Positions 9,058 to 18,838 of a DNA stretch of 64,000 nt are shown here, piece after piece. Position numbers and translations under genes: made by a program. Each line of letters begins with the position of its first letter. Within the stretch, counting starts at the first letter, position 1. Source of the stretch: Candidatus Bathyarchaeota archaeon (GTDB lineage: Archaea > Thermoproteota > Bathyarchaeia > Bathyarchaeales > Bathycorpusculaceae); contig CAVYHV010000017.1 in NCBI GenBank assembly GCA_963768425.1, forward strand, positions 32,001-96,000, in the 5' to 3' direction. The notes beneath the pieces are model-generated. The model saw only the letters and a program-made list of their open reading frames with translations. It did not search any database and was not told where the DNA came from.

Positions 9058-9909
9058 TTACAATTTTCTAATTTTATCTTCTTTTCCCAAAAAACCTAGA
9101 TTTTGAAGGGGAGTTTCGGTTTTCAACGAGGAATCATTGGACGCTTCATTCCATAAATCTTCAAAAAAGTTTGTTGCCATTCTTAAAAGAGAGGGACTGT
9201 TTGACCATAGGCTAGGTACGCAGTCGTTACTAGATATGCATACAGTCATTTCTTTTTTATCGAATATATGCATTCCAAATGGGCGTGTGTCAACGGGAGC
9301 AGGGCAAAATGCGTATCTCAGTTCTAAGAAAGAAATCCCAGTAAAACCGTTGGGTTTTTTCAATATTGAGTCGTCTGGGGTTCTTTGGGAGATTAGTCTA
9401 ATTTTTGCGCCTTTTTTCCAAGCTTTCTTCAAAAAACTTAGATTGTGCTCCTCGAACACTTCACACGGAACGATAATGTCTATTGTATTTTGTGCTTTCT
9501 CAATTAATTGGGTATGCATTTTGAATAGAAGCGATCTTTCTGAGGTTATCCTGAACTCTGATTCATTCTCTATAAGAGAATTTGAAAAAGAACTAAAGTT
9601 GCTAATCAACGAGTGGGCTTTTTTGAGTATTTCTTCGTTCTTCTTTTTCCTTTCGAGCAGAAGAATTGAAATACCTTCTTTCAGTGGGGTAGCTTTAAAA
9701 ACAGTCGGTTTTGACAAGATTCTTTCAGCAAGCCCTAACCTTTCCAAGGTGGGCATAACTCGATAGATATCTTGCCTAACGGTATTCGAAGCTTTTGAGA
9801 TTGTTCCTACATCCACTTCCCCGAGTTGAACAAGATTCAGGTATATTTTGGCCTGCAAAATGCTTAGACCCATATCATTTAGCGCTTGCATGCTCTCTTC
9901 CTGAATCAT
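9058..9909 (-). CDS. TrmB-family transcriptional regulator
   Basis: N-terminal GLSILQAKIYLNL...RQDIYRVMPTLERLGL...PTVFKA HTH; PLD-like C-domain (IFDKKE). Confidence 0.85.
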   Translation of the reverse strand: MIQEESMQALNDMGLSILQAKIYLNLVQLGEVDVGTISKASNTVRQDIYRVMPTLERLGLAERILSKPTVFKATPLKEGISILLLERKKKNEEILKKAHSLISNFSSFSNSLIENESEFRITSERSLLFKMHTQLIEKAQNTIDIIVPCEVFEEHNLSFLKKAWKKGAKIRLISQRTPDDSILKKPNGFTGISFLELRYAFCPAPVDTRPFGMHIFDKKEMTVCISSNDCVPSLWSNSPSLLRMATNFFEDLWNEASNDSSLKTETPLQNLGFLGKEDKIRKL

Positions 9910-10127
9910 GAGGAGTCTTCCTGAATAACTCGAACTTTAACTATCGGACGCAAAGGGTTATCCCAATGCTATTCTTTACTTTCCGTTTTACTTAAATAAC
10001 TTACGCATAATGCCCATGATATCGTACAAAATCAAAAATAATAACTGCCAATTTGTGACTAAATCGCAAAGCTTAAATTACAAAGCAAGCAATAACAAAG
10101 TTAGGGCTATTTCACGACCGCAAAATT

Positions 10128-11109
10128 ATGGGCGAAGGACAAAATCGACGCACAAATCATAGGACTTCTGTTTGAAGATGCTCGCAGAAATTTTGCGGAA
10201 ATTGGAAAAGAAGTGGGCATCTCGAAAAACGCAGTTTGGAGCCGCTACCTAAAAATGAATAGGGAAGGCGTGATTACTGGAGCCACGGTTCAAATAAACT
10301 ACAGAAAGTTAGGGTATGACGCTGTGGGGACTCTAATGATGGACATTGAACCTTCCCAGCTAGAAGAATTAAGTAGATATATTACAACTCGAGTGCCCGA
10401 GGCTTTCGGTCCGTTTTTTAGTGCGTCGAAATTTAATGCGGGTGCAGTGGTGCCACTAAGAAACGTAAGCGAATTAGGCAAGATAAAAGAGGAGTTAAGC
10501 AGGAAATTAATCGTTACCGAAATAAGTTCTTCACTTTGGACCGATGTTTGGTTCGTCCCTGAGAACTTATCGCAGATCCCAGTTCGCTCCGCAAACAGCA
10601 ATAATTTGAAAACAGAAGACAACACTGTGTTTCATGCTGATGAGATAGACTTACACTTGATAGAGGCGCTTGCAAAGGACAGTCGAACCTCTTTTAGAGC
10701 ATTAGCAATTCAGTTAGGCGTTTCTATCGATACGGTCGCGAGACGATATCGAAGACTGAGGGAAGAAAAAGTCATAGTTCCCAGAATTCAAATCGATCCA
10801 AGGAAGATAGGGTATAACGCTTTAGTTAATTTCTACCTCAAGATAATGCCGCATTATGATGTAGACGTGATCCTAAACGAGTTACTTCAATTTTCTGACG
10901 CTTTTTATGTAATGAAGTTTAGAGGAGATTTCAGCGTAGGCATGATGCTTATGGTTAAGAGCATTCAGGACATGCTCGAAACAGGGGATCACATTGCAAG
11001 AATAACGGGTGTCAAGAGGACAGAGACAGTTGTAAGCTCAGTTACAGACAAATGGCCCCTTCCCCGAACATACACCTCAACTCTTGGAGGAAACACGACC
11101 GCCACCTGA
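10128..11109 (+). CDS. Tandem (double) Lrp/AsnC-family regulator
   Basis: Two HTH-RAM units (DAQIIGLLFEDARRNF; DLHLIEALAKDSRTSF); ATG at 10128 joins the frame if one G of GGG is an indel error; C-terminus WPLPRTYTSTL. Confidence 0.85.
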
Positions 11110-11342
11110 ACTTGAACTGTCTTAGAGTGCCATCGAAGACTACTGAGAGGGGTTTATTTTCAAAACTTTTCTTCCGATGGCTTAATTTTTTGTTCAAGGA
11201 TTCCCTTCTAAATAAACAATTTTTTATCAGATTACTCAAGTTTTCATTAATGGTAAGTCTTAAATCTGAATGGCGTATATAAAGCAAAAACATGAAAAAA
11301 GGGCAAACCTAAAAAACTCAATTTGATATATTAAATCTGAGA

Positions 11343-11651
11343 GTGACAGATTTGGCGGAGCAAGCGAAATTGGCTTATCTACAAGAGGAAATTAAAAAAG
11401 CCAAAAGGAGCGAAAGGAGCGGAACTGCCATTTCAATTTCAGGATTAATGATAGTCATTTTATCTATTTTATTTCCTCAAATCATTAAAACAATGCCCAC
11501 TCCAGCATATGTTGTACCTTTCTTCTTTGGACTGTTCGGTGGACTATTAATCATCGTTTTGGGCATGGCTTTCGACATTTACTACGCAATTCAGGGTGGG
11601 ATCCTAATGGATCAACTGAAAAGAATGGCTTCAAAGTGTTTAATCAATTAA
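11343..11651 (+). CDS. Small 2-TM hypothetical protein
   Basis: Two hydrophobic helices, 102 aa. Confidence 0.6.
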   Translation: MTDLAEQAKLAYLQEEIKKAKRSERSGTAISISGLMIVILSILFPQIIKTMPTPAYVVPFFFGLFGGLLIIVLGMAFDIYYAIQGGILMDQLKRMASKCLIN

Positions 11652-11709
11652 GTAAGGCTGCCTTGCTTTTCAATAATTATTATGTGAGTGCCTTTTTCTC
11701 TTAGACTCA

Positions 11710-11946
11710 GTGAAAATGGCTTCAGATATGAACAAACACCATGAAGAGAAAAGAAGCATAGAACTTGGTATAACTTTTCTTTACGAACTTTTAACCACAA
11801 AGTCAGATGATTATCAAGAACATCTTTTTGTTCGATTAATTGATGCTTTAGGGTTTAAAATGCCTGCCGCCAAAAGTGAAAAGGTGTTCGCACCTTTGTC
11901 TTCAAGACAAAACTTATCTGCATTTCCAACTAATACTCTCACATAA
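11710..11946 (+). CDS. Hypothetical protein
   Basis: 78-aa ORF preceded by an AT-rich TATA-like sequence; no recognised motif. Confidence 0.35.
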   Translation: MKMASDMNKHHEEKRSIELGITFLYELLTTKSDDYQEHLFVRLIDALGFKMPAAKSEKVFAPLSSRQNLSAFPTNTLT

Positions 11947-11999
11947 TCAGGATCTTGTGATTTCGAAGTGGCAAATAAGTCCGAAAAAACAAGTAGCAA

Positions 12000-12596
12000 G
12001 TGGGAAATCAAAGGTCTGGCGGCAGATGGCCCGACTCGGGCTTGAAAGAGAAATTGATGCTTTTCGGCCAATTCGTCGGCGACTGGGACATTGTTGAAGC
12101 CAGGTATATGCAGGCGGATGGAACTTGGGTCAAGATGCATGGAGAGGTTCATTTTGGATGGATTCTTGGCGGCAGCGCGGTGCAGGATGTTTGGATGGGT
12201 TGCAAAGAAGGATCTCAGAAGATGACTCTTTTTGGAACAACCATCAGATTCTATGACCCACAGATTGATGCTTGGCGCAGCACCTGGCTGTCTCCATTGA
12301 AGGGTCTTGTGCAAGCGTTCATAGCTCGAAAAGTCAACGATGACATTGTTCTTGATCTTCAAAACACAAATGGCTATCCCGAGAGATGGATATTCTCACA
12401 AATCACACCGCAGTCTTTCAGATGGCATGCTGAGGAAACACATGACGAAGGCAAGACTTGGCTGACAACCGAGGAAATGCAAATCAGCGAAAATCCCCGA
12501 TGGGCACTAAAAATTATTCTTTGGCGACCTCAGTTTGACGGAACTTATTTTTCGTCTAATTGCGGGATTCGCCTAGCAAGCTCAACCCAGTTTTGA
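12000..12596 (+). CDS. Conserved hypothetical beta-barrel protein (DUF1579-like); termini uncertain
   Basis: LFGQFVGDWD, FGWILGGSAVQDVW, GTTIRFYDP and SFRW...DEGKTW motifs; 3' overlap with the next gene suggests an indel. Confidence 0.6.
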   Translation: MGNQRSGGRWPDSGLKEKLMLFGQFVGDWDIVEARYMQADGTWVKMHGEVHFGWILGGSAVQDVWMGCKEGSQKMTLFGTTIRFYDPQIDAWRSTWLSPLKGLVQAFIARKVNDDIVLDLQNTNGYPERWIFSQITPQSFRWHAEETHDEGKTWLTTEEMQISENPRWALKIILWRPQFDGTYFSSNCGIRLASSTQF

Positions 12597-13192
12597 GAAA
12601 CACTCTGTTTTATTAATGGTTTGATGTTGGCGAAAACCGGCGTTGGCATCAAAGTCATCCAACCCTTTGTAACTACGAATTGATCTTCCAGATCAAGCAA
12701 CGGGAAAAGCCATTGAATAAAAGCTGGAAACCTGCTGGGAGGCACTTGTTTTGACATTAAGCCTCCAATTTGAGCTTGCTCACTCTCAGATGTTCTTTCT
12801 CTGAGAATAGCATATAGATGGGCATCTTCCTTATCCAGATGAATCCGAAGATGCGTGGACAGGGCTATTGTAGCTCTTGCCGCGTTCAGCGGGTCAGGCG
12901 CTTTACGGATTTCTTCTATCCCAGCAACCATGCGGTCAAGTTCACGATGATCCATCAGGTAAGCTTTGGCTACAAGAGGCGCCACGTTGTCGACAGCGGG
13001 AAAAACCGCGACTTCCTCGCCCTTAGCATGATAATCCAGAGCCTCATCCATAAGATGCAGGCGATCCAAAACCAAAGTTAGGTCCCCTCCGCCGCGGGCT
13101 ATTTTAAAGACGGCATCATCAATCTGGAAAACGTCACGGCGAAACGCGTTATGTAGAGCACGCACAATATCAATTGGTCCTGACAAAACCAA
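12545..13192 (-). CDS. Hemerythrin / HHE cation-binding domain protein
   Basis: H-NAFRRD, HAKGEE..FP, DHRE and HLDKED motifs. Confidence 0.85.
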   Translation of the reverse strand: MVLSGPIDIVRALHNAFRRDVFQIDDAVFKIARGGGDLTLVLDRLHLMDEALDYHAKGEEVAVFPAVDNVAPLVAKAYLMDHRELDRMVAGIEEIRKAPDPLNAARATIALSTHLRIHLDKEDAHLYAILRERTSESEQAQIGGLMSKQVPPSRFPAFIQWLFPLLDLEDQFVVTKGWMTLMPTPVFANIKPLIKQSVSQNWVELARRIPQLDEK

Positions 13193-13388
13193 CAGCCTCT
13201 TATAAAAAATTCTCCGTCAAACTATTAACAGTTGTGCTGTTGTAGCTCTGAGGCCACAAGATTGGAAGGTCATATTTTTTTGCTTATAGCGTAAACCAAT
13301 AATTTTTGTCTTATCTAAAGAGATATGTGAAGACTAAAAGTCTTTAGCCCAAAGTTTAAAAATGCCAGCTATGTATCATCTGAAAACG

Positions 13389-13436
13389 TGGCGGGTGAGT
13401 GGACCTCCATCCGTTCCGCCATTATAAAACCCGGAG
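13389..13436 (+). ncRNA. Candidate preQ-type riboswitch-like pseudoknot, leader of queC-queT
   Basis: TGGCG/CGCCA stem, loop TCCG able to pair with CGGA, unpaired C before the P1 3' strand, tail TTATAAAACCCGG; 34 nt after TATA TTTAAAAA (13355). Confidence 0.5.
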
Positions 13437-13450
13437 TAGGAGGAAAAAGT

Positions 13451-13573
13451 TTGAAAATCGAGAAAACAAAAAAGGTAATATTGGGTGTTTTTGCCATTTT
13501 GATAATGGCCTCAACCGAACTTGTGATCCAACAATTTAGTCATTCTTTGCCTTTTTTTGAGGTGGAAACATGA
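13451..13573 (+). CDS. Possible 40-aa hydrophobic leader ORF coupled to queC
   Basis: SD-like AGGAGG, TTG start, MKIEKTKKVILGVFAILIMASTELV..., TGA overlapping the queC ATG (ATGA). Confidence 0.4.
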   Translation: MKIEKTKKVILGVFAILIMASTELVIQQFSHSLPFFEVET

Positions 13574-14331
13574 GGAAAGCAGTTGTAATGTGTAGCGGAG
13601 GCGTTGATTCCGTTACAACTCTTTATTTCGTTGCGAAAGTGATTCGAGCCAACCCGATCTTGGTCATAAACGCAGATTACGGTCAACGGATGGTCAAGGA
13701 AGAGCGCTGGTGTGTGAAGAAGGCTGTTGAAGATTTGGAGAGGCAAGGCTTCAAAGCTACTTACAAAGAAATCGACATTTCGTGGATGAAAGAGCTTTCC
13801 ACAAGTTTGTTGGTCAAAGATGATGTTCCTGTGCCGGAGACACCTAAAGAAGATATCTGGGATGCAGGGAAAGCGAGAGAGAGAATTCTTAGATGGTGGG
13901 ATGTTGTTCGCAACACGATGTTGCTGACTATCGGCCTGGCTCATGCAGAACACTTTGATTTAGACAGTTACATCAAAACAAAAGAACGCGACATCTACGA
14001 TGTTTACATAGGAATCAGAAGAGAAGGACCCGTTATGATGAAGGACAACACCCCGGAATTCGTTGCGGAGATGAATCGTCTTGTTGAGCATGCAACTCAC
14101 TTCGGCGGATACAAAATCTCAGCGCCCCTGCTTGAAGTCGACAAAGACGGCACGGTTGCATTGGGAAAAGCATTAGGTGTCAACTTCTTGTACACCTACA
14201 GCTGCTACCAAGGATGGGACTGGACCGAAAAAGGTGAACCTGTCCATTGCGGCTTCTGCAGTAACTGCCGACGAAGAAAAGAAGCTTTTACCCTCGCTGG
14301 AATACAGGACCCAAGCAAATACGCACGTTGA
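13570..14331 (+). CDS. queC: 7-cyano-7-deazaguanine (preQ0) synthase QueC-family protein
   Basis: SGGVDS PP-loop, DYGQR, RN, APLL..DK, TYSCY and HCGFCSNCRRR Zn motif, AGIQDP. Confidence 0.85.
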   Translation: MRKAVVMCSGGVDSVTTLYFVAKVIRANPILVINADYGQRMVKEERWCVKKAVEDLERQGFKATYKEIDISWMKELSTSLLVKDDVPVPETPKEDIWDAGKARERILRWWDVVRNTMLLTIGLAHAEHFDLDSYIKTKERDIYDVYIGIRREGPVMMKDNTPEFVAEMNRLVEHATHFGGYKISAPLLEVDKDGTVALGKALGVNFLYTYSCYQGWDWTEKGEPVHCGFCSNCRRRKEAFTLAGIQDPSKYAR

Positions 14332-14816
14332 AAAACATGAAAACTAAAACCATAGCAGTTGCCGTTATCTACGCCTCGCTTTACGCTGCGTTGGTCATCG
14401 TGTTGGGACCGTTCAGTTATGGACCTGTACAAGTACGAATAGCCGACGCGATGGTGGCTTTAGTCCCGATCTTCGGCTGGGCTGGAATACTTGGACAGGC
14501 ATTAGGGGTCTTCATATCTAACATTTTCAGTCCACTCGGCTGGATTGACCTGCTAAACACGATTCCAAGCTTCATAATGGCATATGCAATTTGGAAACTA
14601 AGAAACACAAGCGTTATCGCGGGAACAGTAATGTACTCGATAGTGCTGGCAGTCACCGTAGGCGCAATGCTTAGTTACGTGTACGGACTGCCGCTAATCG
14701 CCGAATTCGCCTACGTGCTGATAGGAAACCTAATTGCATCAACAGTCATCGGATACCCAGTGTACAAAGCGATCAAGAAAACAAACCTCCAAAGACGGCT
14801 TGAAACCGAAAAGTGA
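14328..14816 (+). CDS. queT: QueT-family queuosine-precursor transporter (ECF S component)
   Basis: IYASLYAALVIVLGPFSYGPVQVRIADAM...G.FISNIFSPLGWID signature. Confidence 0.85.
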   Translation: MKNMKTKTIAVAVIYASLYAALVIVLGPFSYGPVQVRIADAMVALVPIFGWAGILGQALGVFISNIFSPLGWIDLLNTIPSFIMAYAIWKLRNTSVIAGTVMYSIVLAVTVGAMLSYVYGLPLIAEFAYVLIGNLIASTVIGYPVYKAIKKTNLQRRLETEK

Positions 14817-14818
14817 GT

Positions 14819-14840
14819 TTATTCTTTTTTTCTTTCTTAA
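14819..14840 (+). terminator. Oligo-T archaeal terminator after queT
   Basis: TTATTCTTTTTTTCTTTCTT directly after the stop codon. Confidence 0.55.
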
Positions 14841-14966
14841 AGAACCTTCTGCACCCCCCTCCGTCTGTTTCTGCGTCCATCGGTGATATCTCATGCCCCT
14901 TGTGTACAGGGAACAGAAGCCGAGCAAACCCAGATTCATGAGGATTTGTGGCACGGCTTTAGCTTG

Positions 14967-15812
14967 TCACCCGAACTTTCCGAATATGAATGAAAGCAAA
15001 CCAAAAACGAACAGGAAAAGAACCAGCTTCTTTATTTGGCGAGCATTCTCACGTGAAGGATTTCTAATCAAACTCGCAGAACACCAAACTAACCCAACGT
15101 CAGTAACAAGCACGAACGGAACGAACCAAATTGAGACTAAATTAAAGATCAACGGAAGAGGTGACAGGCAGACTGCTAAAATGAAGAAGCCAGCCGCTGC
15201 ATAAGCCGCTTTTCTTTCCCCGAAGGATACTGCTAGAGTTTTGATTTTATTTATGCCGTCGCCTTGCACGTCAACTATGCCTTTGGCGATTTCCCGTCCT
15301 GTATTGGAAAGGAATGCCATGGATGCGAAAAGCAAAATGTTGACCTTGATCAAATTGACGGCCACAAGGCTGCCATATAGAAAAGGCGCGGCTACGCATG
15401 CGCTAACCAACAAATTGCCCGCAAATCCCCGTCTCTTCCCAACAGTTGAGTAAGCCATCATTATAACCCAAGCTGCAAAAGCAAACAAAAGGCAATAGAC
15501 ACTTATCGCGAGGGCAGCGGCCAAACCTACAACCGTCAGAAAACCCGTTAGCAACAAGGCGGCTCTCTTGGATACGGCGCCGCTTGGGATTGGGCGTAAA
15601 GGCTCATTTATTTTGTCGATGTCAAAGTCGTAATAGTCGTTGACCGCCATCGAAGCCCCAGTCAAAGTGAACGCGGTTACTACTCCGTAAACCAGGTTCA
15701 TCCAGTGAATGGCGCTGACTCCCGCTAAGCTAACGCCCACGAGAACGGCGAAACTCATGACTATGCAGTTCACTGGTCGAAGCAACCTAAACAAGCCGCT
15801 GATCTTAACCAA
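14967..15812 (-). CDS. Digeranylgeranylglyceryl-phosphate synthase (UbiA family)
   Basis: RLLRPVNC, NDYYDFDIDKINEPLRPIPSG and REIAKGIVDVQGD motifs; multiple TM helices. Confidence 0.9.
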   Translation of the reverse strand: MVKISGLFRLLRPVNCIVMSFAVLVGVSLAGVSAIHWMNLVYGVVTAFTLTGASMAVNDYYDFDIDKINEPLRPIPSGAVSKRAALLLTGFLTVVGLAAALAISVYCLLFAFAAWVIMMAYSTVGKRRGFAGNLLVSACVAAPFLYGSLVAVNLIKVNILLFASMAFLSNTGREIAKGIVDVQGDGINKIKTLAVSFGERKAAYAAAGFFILAVCLSPLPLIFNLVSIWFVPFVLVTDVGLVWCSASLIRNPSRENARQIKKLVLFLFVFGLLSFIFGKFG

Positions 15813-16083
15813 GAGATTACCTTGGCGTGAATATGCATGGTCTAGTAATTAAAAACTAACTCAAGTTATCTCAAATTTGAATCAACAATTCATAACTCAT
15901 TTATTCCGATTCACGTGAGTAACAGACACTCAACTTAGCTAAAACCGCTAAGAAACAAAAAATAGAATGTACAGGAAAACTAATTTGGGATGACGATTAT
16001 GGAAAAAAACGTTGTGCATGAAAATCTTACGAACTTTGGATCCGCCAATTCTTGTTTCAAAGGAAAAGGGAAGGTTAACTGAA

Positions 16084-16824
16084 ATGGTGGGTGTTGGCAA
16101 AGTAATCGGCATCGCAATTGCTTTTCTTTTCGTCGGAATGATACTCGGAGGATACCTCAGCTTCACAGTGGTTGCCCCAGAACTACAAAAGCTACACATT
16201 GACTTTGGAGTCCTTGGCAGCAACAATAACAACCAAAGCAACCAAAATAACAACAACAATAACAACAATAACAATAATAACAATAATCCGACTACCAACA
16301 ATCCGAACAATAACAGCAACAATAACAACGACCCAAACGGCAACAACCAAAATACGAGCAGCCCGAACAATAACAACGACCAAAACCAACCTGCAATAAA
16401 CAACAACAATCAGCCGCCCAGCAATGAGACAGCTAGCTACGGCGGAAGCGGCCAATTCAAAGTCTCAATGCAAAGCAATGGAAACTCTTACTCAGGAACT
16501 CTAACGGCAAACATAAATATCCCAGTTCAACAGGTCGGAAACTCCATACAATTCAGCCTGGATCTATCGCCGACAAGTGTTTCCGGAAGCCTACAGCAAG
16601 CAATACAGACTGGCGGCAGCGACACAATCTTCAACTTCGTAGGCACAGTTTCCAACTCGCAGGTCACTGCAAACGCCCAAGGCACAACCGGCAATGGACA
16701 GACCTTCGACTTAAACATCAGCGGCTCAATCGATTCGAACACATTCTCTTTCACAATGACTTCAGCAGGAGACTCTCAACTTACCGTCTCGACACCTCAG
16801 CAGATAGTAACCCACAACAACTAA
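16084..16824 (+). CDS. Membrane-anchored protein with poly-Asn linker and beta-rich extracellular domain
   Basis: ATG 16084, TM helix, ~65-residue Asn/Gln-rich tract, Ser/Thr/Gly-rich C-domain. Confidence 0.75.
   Translation: MVGVGKVIGIAIAFLFVGMILGGYLSFTVVAPELQKLHIDFGVLGSNNNNQSNQNNNNNNNNNNNNNNPTTNNPNNNSNNNNDPNGNNQNTSSPNNNNDQNQPAINNNNQPPSNETASYGGSGQFKVSMQSNGNSYSGTLTANINIPVQQVGNSIQFSLDLSPTSVSGSLQQAIQTGGSDTIFNFVGTVSNSQVTANAQGTTGNGQTFDLNISGSIDSNTFSFTMTSAGDSQLTVSTPQQIVTHNN
16221..16410 (+). repeat. Imperfect (AAC/AAT)n trinucleotide tract encoding poly-Asn
   Basis: caacaataacaac... low-complexity run. Confidence 0.85.
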
Positions 16825-17013
16825 TGCACCAATGAGATGGATAATCTCCTTTTTTGTAACCAATATAGAGAGTCTTTTTCAACTGATTTGATTTCGCCTT
16901 CCTATTGACTACTTGCCCCAGTTTATTGTTGGAGGTTTTGGTTCGCAATCTCAAATCACGGAAGAATGGTTTTTTTGCGTCTTGCATATTAATGAGAATA
17001 GCTAAGTGAAGGC

Positions 17014-17842
17014 GTGATGAAAAAGTGGTTAGTGCTAGCGGTAGTGTTGATTGCCGTCATCGTTCTGGGCGGGTCATTACTGATTTTGCTCAACAACAAA
17101 ACCACCCCAGCAGCCACTACAACATCAAATTACACTTACTCGATTGTCAAGACGTACCCCCATGACACAAGCTCCTTCACCGAAGGATTATGGTATTCGG
17201 ATGGAATAATGTACGAAAGCAGTGGCAGCGGAAACGGCCCCGATTACGTTTCAACTCTACGTCAGGTTAACTTGACCACAGGCAAAGTCATGCAAGAGTA
17301 CACGCTGCCAACCCAGTACTTCGGCGAAGGCATAGCAGTCGTCAACGACAAAATTATCCAGTTAACGTGGCAAAGCAACGTGGGCTTCATCTACGACAAA
17401 GACACCTTCGCGCTGCTCGGCAACTTCACCTATCCCACCCAAGGCTGGGGCTTAACTTATGACGGAAAAGAGTTAATCATGAGCGACGGCTCAGACAACC
17501 TCTACTTCTTAAACGCAACAACATTCCAACGCATAGGAGAAGTTCAAGTTCACGACGGAAACTCAACTGTGACGAATGATTAACTCGCTGGATTACATCA
17601 ACGGGGACGTTTACGCCAACATCTGGATGACAAACAAAATCGCCATAATCAACCCTGCAACAGGACAGGTTAAGGCTTGGGTAGACCTTACGGGGCTGCC
17701 GGCTTCAGTTGCAAGCAAAACAAACGGAAATGCAGTTTTAAATGGCATAGCATACGACCAGCAAAACAACAGGCTTTTCGTAACAGGAAAAGACTGGTCA
17801 AGCCTTTACCAGATAAAACTCGTACCCGAAAACAAATCGTGA
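17014..17842 (+). CDS. Glutaminyl-peptide cyclotransferase (plant/bacterial type I), membrane-anchored; frameshift ~17575
   Basis: YPHD..FTEGL, YFGEGI, QLTWQ, GWGLT.DG..LIMSDGS, ANIW, VLNGIAYD and VTGK.W motifs across two ORFs. Confidence 0.9.
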
Positions 17843-18097
17843 GCATGAAAAGCCCGTTTCTGAGAGTTGACCAAGGGAAACAATAAGTGCAGTATTTTGC
17901 GAAATAATCAAAATTCACTTGAGCATAAAGTGAGATTTAAAAGAAAAATCATGGAAAAGACCTTAAAAACGTCTATTTAGACGTTTGCGATTGCAAAGTG
18001 TTGCGCTTTTGCTCTAAATTCAAACATTTCTTTGTGCGTAAAATTGTTGAAAAAAGTTAAATACTGATAGCTCCGAGTTAGAGGAGCGGGGATTCGT

Positions 18098-18800
18098 TTG
18101 AGTGAGGGAGAAAACACAGTACCTAAAACTGAAACAAAGTATCCTTGGAGCAACTACACACTGAAATTAGGCAGAGGAGAACCAGTTTCCACAACACAAT
18201 ACGTGCTATACGCAGTGCAGATCGCAGCAGTCATCATTCTGTCGTACTTAAGCGTCGCATGTTATTCCACTAAGCTATTCAGGCATCTCACTATTCTATT
18301 TCGTGTACCCATTCTTCTTAGTGTTCACCATGTGGTGGGGAACTTGGGGCATGCTTGGAGCATACGTTGGATGCGTACTCGGCGCAGGCTTAATTGTTGG
18401 CATAGGCCAGTTCCATCGATAGCCTATTCGATAAGCGACTTCGTTCCGCCGTTATTCGCATTCGTAATTTACCGTGGAGTCCTATCAAAGAGAGGCTATG
18501 ATCCGCTGTGGAGAGACTTAACTGACAAAGAAGTTGCAGGCGTAAAAACAAAGAGAGTAGGCGCATGGTTCTGGTTCATCCTCATAAACGGAGTAATACT
18601 GAACGTAATCAGTGCAGAACTCGGCATTGGAATACTATACAAATTGGGATCTGGTTCCCAGCGATGTATTCTGGCTATTTTGGGCCGGATGGTTCGTAGG
18701 CGACTTGCTAGCAATGGTCATCATCACTCCAGTGCTCGTCAAAGGACTCACAAATCTCGTCGAAAGACAAGGACTAATCAACCACGGCTGGGTAACTTGA
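18098..18800 (+). CDS. ECF transporter substrate-binding (S-like) membrane component; frameshifted
   Basis: Hydrophobic pieces across frames (…FWAGWFVGDLLAMVIITPVL…); first gene of an ECF operon. Confidence 0.6.
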
Positions 18801-18838
18801 GAGCAACTCTTCTTTAAAATTATATTTAAAGGGGAAAG

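Noticed and set aside
15948-16409. Leu-rich antisense ORF (and similar shadow ORFs such as 9137-9766 and 61183-61818)
   Set aside because: Antisense to well-supported genes; composition is explained by the opposite strand
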